A stretch of 63,143 nucleotides of DNA, filler included, from Octopus bimaculoides (GCF_001194135.2; 7 parts of 6 records of this genome joined end to end with filler, not necessarily neighbours in it); one strand, 5' to 3'; positions 1-12,553 are shown, counted from the first letter of the whole stretch. A program made the numbers and translations. The notes: generated by a model not told the origin, from the letters alone.

Positions 1-1408
1 ATATATATATATATTTATATAGCTTGTGTGAGAGGGGTGTCTAAGAAGTGAGTGTATTTCTGAACGATACGCATGTATGTCTTTTGTTGTGTATTCTTAA
101 TGTGACACACGTTTTCTTTGTGCACAAGGGTTGACTATTCAGATTTGATTAAGCTCTGCACATTTCATTCTACATCTTGTCAAGCACAGCCGGTAGTAGT
201 GGTATATGTTATATTATGTGTGTGTATGCAAACGAAAAAATGGTGAACCCAGTACATTTCATTGAGTATATATTTGTATGTAGATAGTTAAGTTATATAC
301 CAGTCCTCAAAGTTTCATAGGCACAAAAGCTCCAGTCCTGTCCATCAGATGACCTTGGTGAGTGACCGATGACACCTGATCGATTAAACACATACATTAG
401 TACCTATGAAACTCTGATTATTGGTCGTGCAAATTATTAACTGTCCAGATACAGTTATACATACATATATACATACATACATACATTCATACATAATATA
501 TATGAGAAAACTACATATAATATATGCAATANNNNNNNNNNTATATATATATATATCTCCAATATGCATGTGTGTATATTTGTATGTTCGGTGCTTTGTA
601 TTTATACATGTCAGTTAGTGAGTGCTTAAATGATCACATGCAAGGTCGTATATGGATTTAAGTATACTAATATCTAGATAATACATTTAGTTAATCAGCT
701 ACGCTGATATATAATAGGAAAAGTTAGTAAATGAAAGTCAGTGGCCGTAAGAGAGATCGAGGGTGAAAAATGAGAACGAAAGTGAGACAATGAAAGTACA
801 ATAGAAGAAAATATGAAATGCAATATGTCTGTGTGTGTATGTGTGTGTGTATGTGTGTGTGTGTAAATAGGTAGGTAGATAGATAGATAGAATTAATGGG
901 AGAGGGAGAAGAGTAGACAGTGAGAGAGAAATAGGGCAACAGCGACGTGGAAAAGAATCGCAGAAATTTGAAAAGCGTGTGATATTTGTATCGTCATAGA
1001 TATAGTGAAAAATGGTGGCATTGTGTTTATTGATTGGGGACGAATAAAATATTTTTATTAGGTTTAGAAATGGATACAATGAGGATTTTTTCCATGCGCA
1101 TGTCCATTATACATAAATTGATTTAGTCTTCTTTCTTTTATCTGGTTGCTTTTACTCTCTTGGGGCAATCTTGTTGTGCAGAGATGTTGGCTAAAATTTT
1201 GCGTGGAGAAATAAAAGGTTGTATTATTACGTCTCTTGTGATCTCTTCCCCTCCTTAAATTAGATTTCTTTTGATCTAATTCTTGTCTTGCTTGAATCTT
1301 TACAGGTGAGAAGAGGCTGTATGTCCAAATCATATTTTAGTGTTCTGATATTTCAAGACAAATTATTTCATACGATATTTTACATAGTTGTTTGACCTGC
1401 TTGTAAAT

Positions 1409-1617
1409 GCACATGGTTCAATGGTTAGAGCATCGGGATCACAATCATGAGGTAATGAATTCGATTACCGGAGCGGGCTGCGTGTCGAGTGGAGAGTGGA
1501 GGCTGGTATGCATGGGTGACTCCTGGTCTTCTATAAACAACCTTGCCCGGACTTGTACCTCGGAGGGGAACTTTCAAGGTGCAATCCCATGGTCATTCAT
1601 GACCGAAAGGGTCCTTT
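1409..1617 (+). mobile_element. tRNA-derived SINE (head related to family D, distinct tail)
   Basis: A-box-like TGGTTCAATGGTTAGAGC and B-box-like GAATTCGATTACC, followed by a non-tRNA body ending ...CATGACCGAAAGGGTCTTT. Confidence 0.7.
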
Positions 1618-1889
1618 TCCTTCTTGACCTGCTTAAAACATGACACAAATGTTCGTTAAAAATACCTCACTGTCTTAACAAAAGATGGGATTGTTGTGTC
1701 TGGGATGTTTTTGATCATAGATCTGTACGGTCAGAGTGACATAGGACTAAACAAACAATAAACTAGAGAGCTTAATCGGTAGAGCATAGGCTAAAATGAC
1801 ATAGGAGTATTTTGTCACGTCTCTTTACATTCTGAATTGAAATTCCATTGAGATCGACATTATCTTTTATTATTCATGGTCGGTAGGTC

Positions 1890-2100
1890 GGCGAGCTAGC
1901 AGAATCGCTAGAACGATGGACAAAATGCTGAGCAGCATTTCTTCCAGATCTTCACACTGAGTTCAAATTCTGCCGAGGTTGACTTTGGCGTTCATCCTTT
2001 CGGGGTCGATAAAATAAGTGCCAGTTGAGCACTTTGGTTAATGTTATTAACTTTGCCCTTCCCAAATATCGCTGGCCCTGTGTCAAAGCTTGAAACCTTT
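1890..2100 (+). mobile_element. tRNA-derived SINE, family A (GGCGAGCTGGCAGAATCG head)
   Basis: Head GGCGAGCTAGCAGAATCG, B box GAGTTCAAATTC and central CATCCTTTCGGGGTCGATAAAATAAGT. Further copies or fragments lie near 3640-3760, 7730-8130, 13322-14005, 14150-14275, 37010, 53885-54050 and 59030-59180. Confidence 0.8.
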
Positions 2101-2332
2101 ATTCATGATCGATGATGAAATAAGACCAGTCAAGTACTGAGTCGATCAAATCGATTCAATCAATACAAGAAAAAAAAACAAAACTGCGAAGTAAATCAAC
2201 ATATATTCCATTATATTAGATAATTCGATGTCACTCATACAGCATTAATTTTATTCTCGATAAAATTAATGTTTTTCATTTTGAGTAATTTATTTTGGAT
2301 ACATCTGAAATTCCCAATGAAACAAGGAAAGT

Positions 2333-2370
<38 letters not shown>

Positions 2371-2769
2371 GAGGAAAGCGTAAAAGAGAAAGAAGTGAGG
2401 GAGATAGAAGTGAGAGAAAAAGATGTGAGACGGGGAGAGACATATACCAGTAATATCTTGCAGAGTAAAATGTCAATTACATTAGCAAAACATTCACTGT
2501 CAAATTAGTGAAATTCAGAGAAATATATTAAAAATTAATATATAATCTTCATTTTTATCTGTAATACGAAGTTTCAGATCCTGGCTCTGTTTCTTCAAGT
2601 AGAAAATATTTGACTTTTACATGTTTTTGGCATCGTCTTTAAAATTAAAGCAAATTCCAACAGCATGATGCCTCGTTAATCATTGCAACAACACAGGATC
2701 TTANNNNNNNNNNNNNNNNNNNNNNNNNNNNNNNNNNNNNNNNNNNNNNCCTATGCTAGTGTCAAATAT

Positions 2770-3000
2770 TTCTTTTTCTTTTATCTTTTACCCAAGTCAG
2801 TCATTGGACTGTGGCCATGCAGGGGCACCGCCTTGAAGAGCCTAGTCGACCAAATCGACCTCAGTAGTTATCTTTAAAAAGAAAATTTAGTACTTAGTCT
2901 TTCTCTCTCTTTGACCGAACTTAGAGAGATATAAACAAACCGACACTGGTTGTCGATCGGTGGTGAGGAACAAACTCGTCACATAGATATACGCGCACAC
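2770..3000 (-). mobile_element. SINE family B, 3' half (diverged)
   Basis: CAGTCATTGGACTGTGGCCATGCAGGGGCACCGCC matches the family B tail at 55613-55680. Confidence 0.65.
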
Positions 3001-5927
3001 ACACGCGCGCACACACACACGTGCACACACACGCGTGCACACACACACGTGCACACACACACACGCACACATATCCAAGTTGAGGGAGCGGAGCAGGTCA
3101 AATTCAAGGCAAATACAAGGGGAAGCCCCAAAGAAACCGGAATTTTGCAATATTATTTTATTCACTTAGTTTTACATGTTTACACTTTTATCGCCTTCAA
3201 AGTATTCTTTATTTGAAGCAATGCATCGGACCAGATGCGTTTTCCACTGTTTTCTTTTTTTTTTCTTCGCCTCTTCCACATCTGCAAATACCGTAGCACC
3301 AGCTTTCGTTACCAGTGATAATCTTCGAAAAATTGTCCAGATCAATTTCCAACTGTTCTTTCAGTTCACGACACGCTTTGAGAATTTAACTCACAGTGCA
3401 GAGAGCAGCTTCAATTACTTCTGGGAATCAACCCAACACTCTCCGCCAGTTCATCGCCTTAATATTCAGCACTTGTAATATAGAATAAATTAAAAATACA
3501 AGGAAATTTACATCGGTGGAATTTGAACTCAGTGCGCGGGGAATTGAAACATTTATTGCGAGTTATTGTATGTAACTCTTTAACGACTACCTTGATAAAC
3601 CGCCATATTGGCTCCTTTGTTGCAAGAAAAGAAAAAGTCAAGAACTGCGAGTAATGTTAGTACCAGCGGAATTTGAACTCAGAGATCAAAAGGTCGAAAC
3701 GATTACTGTCAGTTATTCCCAACCAACTCGTTAATGTCTCTGCCAATTCGTCACGCAGTTGATCGTTAGCTGTGTAATACAAAATAAGTTGAGACAGCCA
3801 GCAAGTTTAATTACTGTTTGAAACCATTTCAGTTCACCTACGTCACTAACATTAATAAGACAGTCACAAACTTCCTGTTCTACCTTAAACTGTCAAACGT
3901 TTCTGCCGAAACAAGCAAACCAATATTTATTTTACCAATTAGAGTAGAATAAATGGCAAGATTGGATCTCGGATACTCCATATAATTTTCATCAGGAAAC
4001 TTTCCTACCATCTTTATCTGAAATTACCATCATTGGAAAAAACTGTCTTCTGATACTTCATGTAATATTCAGCTCGTAGCATTCTTATGATATCTCATTA
4101 AAGAGAAGAAGAAAAAAACAAAAAAAAACAACAACATTGATATTGATATTGCTTGCTGATGTTAACAGTTGGCTTTTGGTTAAAATATATTTTTGTGTTA
4201 TAATTTTTTCATTGTCTTCATTATTCTAGAAATTTGTCTCGTTGATGTTAAAACAATTGTCAGTTGTAAGGTGTCTGACATATTCAATTAATCTCACTTA
4301 AAGAATAAACAACACGGTGCTATGTTATTTGTACAAAGTGGAGAATATTCCATCAACGCTGTCCAAACGATGTTGATATCAAGTTCACAAGTCACCCGGG
4401 CTTAGGCCCTGTAATTTAATTTTTATCAAATTTCTCTTAAATTACTTGTGTGATGAAATGAATGCTAAATTTCAAAGGAAAATATTTATTACCTTAAAAG
4501 AAAATAAACAAAATCAAATTTCTCTTTTATATATTTGCAATAAATATGTTATTACTTTTCTAAATTTTATCAACATAATCGCAGTGTACTCCATCAGAAA
4601 AATATCGCTGCAAAATTTCATTGGAATAAGTGAATTTTCAGTAAGTTATCATTGACTGCAACTAAGCCTCGAATGTACACTTGTCTTACACATCTTATAC
4701 TCTCTTTTACTATCTCTCTCCTCTCTCCAAATGACGACTGACTGGAAAATCAACCAAATAAGCAACCAACATTTATATCGGCTGTTATTAAATAGATATG
4801 CATAAACACACACCACACACACACACACGTATGTGTGTGTGTTGATATATATATATATATATATATATANNNNNNNNNNNNNNNNNNNNNNNNNNNNNNN
4901 NNNNNNNNNNNNNNNNNNNNNNNNNNNNNNNNNNNNNNNNNNNNNNNNNNNNNNNNNNNNNNNNNNNNNNNNNNNNNNNNNNNNNNNNNNNNNNNNNNNN
5001 NNNNNNNNNNNNNNNNNNNNNNNNNNNNNNNNNNNNNNNNNNNNNNNNNNNNNNNNNNNNNNNNNNNNNNNNNNNNNNNNNNNNNNNNNNNNNNNNNNNN
5101 NNNNNNNNNNNNNNNNNNNNNNNNNNNNNNNNNNNNNNNNNNNNNNNNNNNNNNNNNNNNNNNNNNNNNNNNNNNNNNNNNNNNNNNNNNNNNNNNNNNN
5201 NNNNNNNNNNNNNNNNNNNNNNNNNNNNNNNNNNNNNNNNNNNNNNNNNNNNNNNNNNNNNNNNNNNNNNNNNNNNNNNNNNNNNNNNNNNNNNNNNNNN
5301 NNNNNNNNNNNNNNNNNNNNNNNNNNNNNNNNNNNNNNNNNNNNNNNNNNNNNNNNNNNNNNNNNNNNNNNNNNNNNNNNNNNNNNNNNNNNNNNNNNNN
5401 NNNNNNNNNNNNNNNNNNNNNNNNNNNNNNNNNNNNNNNNNNNNNNNNNNNNNNNNNNNNNNNNNNNNNNNNNNNNNNNNNNNNNNNNNNNNNNNNNNNN
5501 NNNNNNNNNNNNNNNNNNNNNNNNNNNNNNNNNNNNNNNNNNNNNNNNNNNNCTATAAAAAGCACATTTTTACCGAAGGCGAGGAAATGCAACTCTAGTC
5601 TGACCTTAGAGTCCCTCATGGCGTGAGGCGTTATTATATAGTAATGCCCTTATATAAATATAAATATATATTTCGGGAATAAATTATGGATTTTTTCCCT
5701 TATGAGGTTTTTTTGACGCTAGCTACTTGATAAATTCTTGTAAAAGAATTCGTCCTATTATTGAATTTAAATATGTATGTATGTATGTGTGTGTGTGTGT
5801 GTATACGCATACATATATAGTTATGATTATGTAAACCTGCCGCTTCTTTACCACCTGCCAACTACGTGATAAGTTTTTTCATTTATTTAAACAGTGGCTA
5901 TGTGTCTTTATGTGTGAATGTGAACAT

Positions 5928-5975
<48 letters not shown>

Positions 5976-7329
5976 TGGACAGAAGATTGCATCAATGTGA
6001 AAATGTGTATATGTAAGCGTGTGGTATCAGTTGTCAACGTAATTTTTTTTTAGCATATTTACTATTCAATCGACAATGTAACTTTTATCATCTTTACCTT
6101 TCCCCTATCACTGCTTGTCAATTTCAACGTTCCTCTATCTGTAACTTATAAATTAACTCTCTATGTATTTCACTTTTACTCTCACTTTCTCTATATATAC
6201 GATGTAAAGCGTGATTGGCGAATCAACCAACTAAAACAAACCAACATTTACTTCATCTATTATTATACAAGGAAAAAATATATGCCATAACATTCAAACG
6301 GTACCACGACAAATTACTGCAAGAAATACCAGACAAGCCACTGACACCTGAATATATCTCGGCAAAGAAGATCCTCTTAATCGAGTGGGTTATGATGTCT
6401 TAAAAAGTGACTTAAAAGACAATAATAATTAGTGCAGTAAAGTCAGAGATAGCCTGAACCAATAATGACCGAAACGTAAACCATCTTTTGTTGCTCTAGA
6501 AATTTCTCTCGCCAGTAGTATAAGTTGCCTGATGTATTTAATTATTGACAGCTATCTGGGTCAATGTTGGAAGCGTTAATTTTCTTTTAGGATTAAAGGG
6601 CTAAAGACATTAACCTCAGCCATAATTCAGCAATATGTCACTGACAAAGACCGCATCACATATAAATTCCACCGATATGGAATATAGTTCCGGAACCTAG
6701 TCAGTACCTCTAGTCTGCGATTGTATTATGAAAAACAAAAAGAGCTAATCCTTAAAAGCGTTTTTCTCCTGTTTCATAGCATTAACTCTCACTGTGAAGA
6801 TAAGTTTTATGGTTATCTCAGTAATGATACTAAATATCAATGAAAGAAAATAAATTAGAGTTGATAATTCCTGAAAATCAATGGGGGCGGGAATGGTCTT
6901 AATAATCTTGACATATTTCAAAAGAAAATAGTTTCAAACATGACATTCCTGAATTAAAAATAGAATAAAATGCTAGCCGCAGTTGATGCTAAAGAAATTT
7001 TGAGGGAATATAATTGCTTTTCGCAGCAAAAAGGTTAAGAAACACAAATCCGCTAGATTGGACTCGGATAATAGTCTTAAGTATGACTTCCAAGATATCT
7101 CGATATCTGTATGAATGGAAGAAACAGAATAAAACTTGCTGCACATAAAAAAAGAATGTGAAGCAGGAACCCAGATTTGAACACGAAGCCTATCACCACC
7201 AGCTCAAATGATGAGTTCAGATGATGCCGCGGCCAAATTGTTCTTTCATCCCTCTCAGGTAGAGAAAACACCAAGTAAAATGTCAGTCTAGCACTGGACG
7301 CCATAATTGATTATTCCCTTCCCAGATAT

Positions 7330-7368
<39 letters not shown>

Positions 7369-7552
7369 TATAGAAAAGAATTTTTTCAGAATGAGATCAA
7401 AAAAAAAAAAAACAGGGCTGTGAAGATTTTAGAACATTTATAAATAGGTCTTACAACTGTTTCCATGATATTTATTATATCTCTTCATCTGAGACGGTGT
7501 GAGAAAATGGTTAAGCAATAATTAATTTAGATAAGATACGAAGTATCTTATC

Positions 7553-7613
<61 letters not shown>

Positions 7614-8457
7614 GTCTAATAAATAAACAACGGAACAAGAGAAGAAAATGACATTTTACAGAAAACAAATAAAAATGGTAAAATATAAATGTTTCTAAAA
7701 TAGCAAAAGGTTAGAGGGAGGGAACAGTCTATGATATCGACTTCGGTAATTGGTTAGTACTTTATTTTTCCGGCTCCAGAAAAGTGAAAAAGAATGTCTT
7801 TTTTTTTTCAGCGGATTTGAACTCACAACGTAGATTACCACAGCTAAAATACTGATGCTCTAACAATTATACCAGTCCGACCCTCCGACCAATGATACCT
7901 TCTAATTATTACTAGTATAAACTCAACACATGAACTTTGGCATGTTGGGGAGGACAGAGAAGTTAGTACTTTACTTCGAACTCACGATATAACACAGTAC
8001 TTATTTTATTGACTTCAGAAGCGTGAAAGCCAAAGTTGATCTCGATGGGAAATTAAACTCAGTACATAAAAATACCTAAAAAATAAAATAAAAAAAATAC
8101 TGCACAGCACTTTGACGTTCTAACGATTATGTCAAAGAAAGTAAATGTTGAAATATATTTGTGAGAAAATAAGAGTCCATTGAAGTATTAGTTTTATAAC
8201 TAATATATAAATTGTTCTTTAAAAACTATATATGTGTACTTCGTTTTACAGGTAATTTCCTGTCCATAACTAACTATTATCTGTCTATCCATTTGTTTTC
8301 TATCTGCATATCTGTCCTTATGTTTATATATCTATGTTCCCATTAACAAGTTTGTAGCGACATAGCCAGCCAATCTGTCTCTCCGTTTATTTAACTGAAA
8401 GATGAAGTCACATCTAATGATAGTTATTTGGTGTGAATGGTTATGTCTAGCTGGAAA

Positions 8458-8492
<35 letters not shown>

Positions 8493-8579
8493 CGTGCATG
8501 AGCTTATATGTTTTTATGTGTGTGTGAACTATGTCTGCGCCCATACACATACACATATATGTATTTATATATATATTAC

Positions 8580-8745
8580 TGGCGAAGATATAGTTGTGTG
8601 TTAAGAAGTTTGCTTCCCAACCATCTCGTCTCGGGTTCAGTCGCATTTGCGGCACCTTGGGCAAGTATCTTTCACTGTACCTCGGGCTGGCCAAAATCTT
8701 GTGAGTGGATGTGGTTGATTGAAGCTGAAAGAAGTCTTTCACACA
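8580..8745 (+). mobile_element. SINE family B, 5' half
   Basis: GGTTCAGTC B box, CACCTTGGGCAAGT and CTGAAAGAAG, then a microsatellite; same layout as 46796-46960. Confidence 0.75.
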
Positions 8746-8783
8746 CACACACACATATGCATGTATGTATGTATGTATGTATG

Positions 8784-8822
<39 letters not shown>

Positions 8823-8866
8823 NNNNNNNNNNNNNNNNNNNNNNNNNNNNNNNNNNNNNNNNNNNN

Positions 8867-8878
8867 TTAATTAATTAA
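8867..8878. other. Artificial scaffold-joining linker
   Basis: TTAATTAATTAA (palindrome, stops in all six frames) with exactly 44 N on each side. Confidence 0.95.
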
Positions 8879-8998
8879 NNNNNNNNNNNNNNNNNNNNNN
8901 NNNNNNNNNNNNNNNNNNNNNNATGGTGGGAGGACAAACACAGACACACAAATACATACATATTTACGTATGTATATATATATATATATATACATTAT

Positions 8999-9198
8999 GG
9001 AGATGTACTTGCATAGCAGGTGACCTGATCTGAGATCATGTGCTGGAACGAAAACAAATGCAGCATGGAGGGTGTTTGTAAGCCATTTAAGAAACACACA
9101 AAAACTGTTAGATTCACTTCAACATTTAAATTTAATTTGCCAAAATACTTTTGTCGCTTTGAGACTGTGACCTGTTCACTGACAGAATTCCATGCTGC
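8999..9198 (-). mobile_element. ~200-bp non-autonomous repeat with a hammerhead-like motif (copy A, decayed)
   Basis: Clear homologue of 10208-10410 and 29587-29924, next to (TA)n. The motif at 9136-9186 has lost G12 and one stem II pair through CpG-type changes. Confidence 0.75.
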
Positions 9199-9675
9199 AT
9201 CTCTGAGACAAAACAGTCTTTTCCTTGAATAAACAGTGGCACCATAGGGGGAGAAGAGACTTTCATATACTGCCAACAGTTAGTCTTCCTCAAAATAATC
9301 TTGCATAGGCCTATATATATATGTACAGCTGCAAGGTTGATCTTAACCAATAGAGGTCCTTATGGATGTCTATCATCATTATCATTCTAAATCAACTTTC
9401 TCATATTGTATGAGTAAGATGGAGTTTATTGAGTCAGATTTTCTATGTCCTGATGCCTCCCCTATCACCAAGGAAGATAATATTTCACCTGTTTCCAAGC
9501 AAGATAATGTTTCACTGAAATCAGACATGTTTTTGTAGAATGTTGGAAATGAATAACATTCATTTACAACATTATTTCATGTAAAGACAAGAAGACACAA
9601 ACATACACATACTCAAATGTACATACATATATATACACATACACCTACATACATATGTACATATATACAGACACA

Positions 9676-9749
<74 letters not shown>

Positions 9750-10207
9750 NNNNNNNNNNNNNNNNNNNNNNNNNNNNNNNNNNNNNNNNNNNNNNNNNNN
9801 NNNNNNNNNNNNNNNNNNNNNNNNNNNNNNNNNNNNNNNNNNNNNNNNNNNNNNNNNNNNNNNNNNNNNNNNNNNNNNNNNNNNNNNNNNNNNNNNNNNN
9901 NNNNNNNNNNNNNNNNNNNNNNNNNNNNNNNNNNNNNNNNNNNNNNNNNNNNNNNNNNNNNNNNNNNNNNNNNNNNNNNNNNNNNNNNNNNNNNNNNNNN
10001 NNNNNNNNNNNNNNNNNNNNNNNNNNNNNNNNNNNNNNNNNNNNNNNNNNNNNNNNNNNNNNNNNNNNNNNNNNNNNNNNNNNNNNNNNNNNNNNNNNNN
10101 NNNNNNNNNNNNNNNNNNNNNNNNNNNNNNNNNNNNNNNNNNNNNNNNNNNNNNNNNNNNNNNNNNNNNNNNNNNNNNNNNNNNNNNNNNNNNNNNNNAT
10201 ATATATA

Positions 10208-10410
10208 GGGAGATGTACTTGCATAGCAAGTGACCTGATCTGAGATTGTGTGCCGGAATGAAAACAATTGCAGCGAGGAAGGTGTTTATAAGCCATTTAA
10301 AATAACACACAAAATCCGTTAGATTCAATTCAACATTTAAATTTAATTTGTCAAAATATTTTCGACGCTTTGAGACCGCGACCTGTTCACTGACAAAATT
10401 CTGTGCTGCA
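10208..10410 (-). mobile_element. ~200-bp non-autonomous repeat with a hammerhead-like motif (copy B), inside a (TA)n tract
   Basis: TA repeats on both sides; plus strand runs GGGAGATGTACTTGC...TGCTGCA. Homologous to copies A and C. Confidence 0.8.
10347..10397 (-). ncRNA. Putative minimal type-I hammerhead ribozyme, G3-C8 core variant
   Basis: Minus strand TTTGTCA-GTGAACA-G-GTCGC-GGTCTCAAA-GCGTC-GAA-AATATT-T-TGACAAA: 7-bp stem I, stem II, GAAA, palindromic stem III and a UH site. Folded by hand. Confidence 0.55.
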
Positions 10411-10445
<35 letters not shown>

Positions 10446-11841
10446 AGTTTGCAAAATTTTCCAAACATTTGGGTTGATGGGGATAAATCATCCAAGCAGC
10501 ACTAATATGCACTTCTATCAATTGGTAATGCTGGTTAACATTCATAAGCTTATGTACTTTCAGTTGGTTGAGTTAATTATTCTTCATACATTTTCATGCC
10601 TAAAAATCCAGTTCTCTCTATAGAGACTGTATGCTTTTCAAAGAAATTAAATTAGCAGTCAAAATGTGATGATAAAGCCCGTGATGGATTGTAGCATCAT
10701 AACAGACTAAAAGATGTGGAAGATGTACCATGATACCTGCAGAAACGCTTTGTATGGGATAAAAGAAAATAAAAGTTTGCATAATAAAAAATTGAATATT
10801 TTCTATTCACTGTTTTCCTTAAACTGATTNNNNNNNNNNNNNNNNNNNNNNNNNNNNNNNNNNNNNNNNNNNNNNNNNNNNNNNNNNNNNNNNNNNNNNN
10901 NNNNNNNNNNNNNNNNNNNNNNNNNNNNNNNNNNNNNNNNNNNNNNNNNNNNNNNNNNNNNNNNNNNNNNNNNNNNNNNNNNNNNNNNNNNNNNNNNNNN
11001 NNNNNNNNNGACCCTCTCGTCGCTGACACGTGACCAAAGGGATTCTTTCTTTCTATCTGCTGACTTCTTATAAAGACGTGATTTTTCTGTCTCTTGTCTC
11101 TTCTCTCATTCACGTCTACTAGTGTTCAAAAAATAATAATTTTTCTATCGCTTTGGCCTAACAGCCCTTATTGTTTGTTTTTACTGTCTCACTGTCCTGT
11201 TCTTGTTAACACTTTCACCCTCCGCAAAAAATTCCAAATTTTATTTAATTTGCTTTGTGGGAAGGACTGTTCCAATGAAGTCGCGTATTGTCCTTGCATT
11301 CGAAACATGGAGTAGATGGAACAGGGACAACTGATGAAGGTAAATATTCTTTATGTTGCATGTCTTGTCTCTCTGTTTTTTTCGTTGTTCAAAAAAAAGT
11401 TCGTTTTCTGTTTTCATTTCTCATTGTGTTTAACGTTTTTTGGGGATGTCCTGTACCCATATATGCATGTATGTATACATGTAGATGTAGGTATGCACAT
11501 ATATGTATGGATATATGCATATATTTATATATCATTTATATTATATATATATATCAAATAAATAACAGGATGTCAGGTATTAATGCAATATCACCATTTC
11601 AAGTGGCTCCAATTAATCAAACAATGAAAGCATTACATCAATTTAAACACAGTACCATATTCAGTTGCAAAAAGTATGGATTTTTCAATGGACAAGATAT
11701 ATTTACAAAATTTTTCTCAAATATCTTATCAGAGCTAGGTGATGGAAGAATTCCATGTTACCACTATTGCAGCAGAAATAATCTAAGAGAAAAACAATTA
11801 CAATTTTGGAGTGGCAGGAAATGATCAAACAATATATATAA

Positions 11842-11897
<56 letters not shown>

Positions 11898-12515
11898 ATA
11901 TATACATACCATTTACCATTTATATAGTAAATGAAATATTATCCACAGGTACTAACAAAGCAGTAACATAGTCTGCTTTATGAAGAAATAAGTATTAAGG
12001 TTTATAGCCATACATTTGATAAATACATATGAATCTTGCTGTGTAATTAGCGATTAGAGATTTGGACATTTGTTCTGGAATTAGGATTGAAATGACTAGT
12101 GTGTGTAAAATTGTACTCTTGATCATGGAAAGTCAACTAAAATGCTTTAAAACTTTTTCAGGCCACATGTACATATACAAAGTTTCAAACTTGGTTCTCT
12201 GAAACTTTTTCCAAAATTTTACCTATCACTACTAGAAACTGTGATGAAGAATGCCATGCAATGGCATTCACTTGCTGTTAAGTGGCCTGAGTTACTGAGA
12301 GTAAATATGTCTTGTGAATAATCACAGCAGTTGCACCAACCCCAAAATACAAAACACCAAAACCCCAGAGGCTGGTTGTCCATTAGGTCTATCCACTCAC
12401 TCGACTGATCAAACAATACATCTCTCTTCACTTAACATAAGGAAAGATAATATGTCGACAAATATAGACTGTGTATATACATACACATATATATGTATAT
12501 GTATGTATGTAGGTA

Positions 12516-12553
<38 letters not shown>

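Noticed and set aside
296-360. Minus-strand CTGATGGA...GAAAC as a hammerhead
   Set aside because: G at position 9, only a 3-bp stem II, and no stem I or UH site.
4750-5626. Long ORFs across N runs (also 9613-10454, 28978-29617, 38642-39595, 48115-48841, 49684-50633, 52769-53770, 57100-58509)
   Set aside because: They are open only because N codons contain no stops.
11288-11824. 178-aa ORF
   Set aside because: It starts at a non-ATG codon, spans TA-rich low-complexity sequence, and shows no recognisable domain or convincing splice sites.
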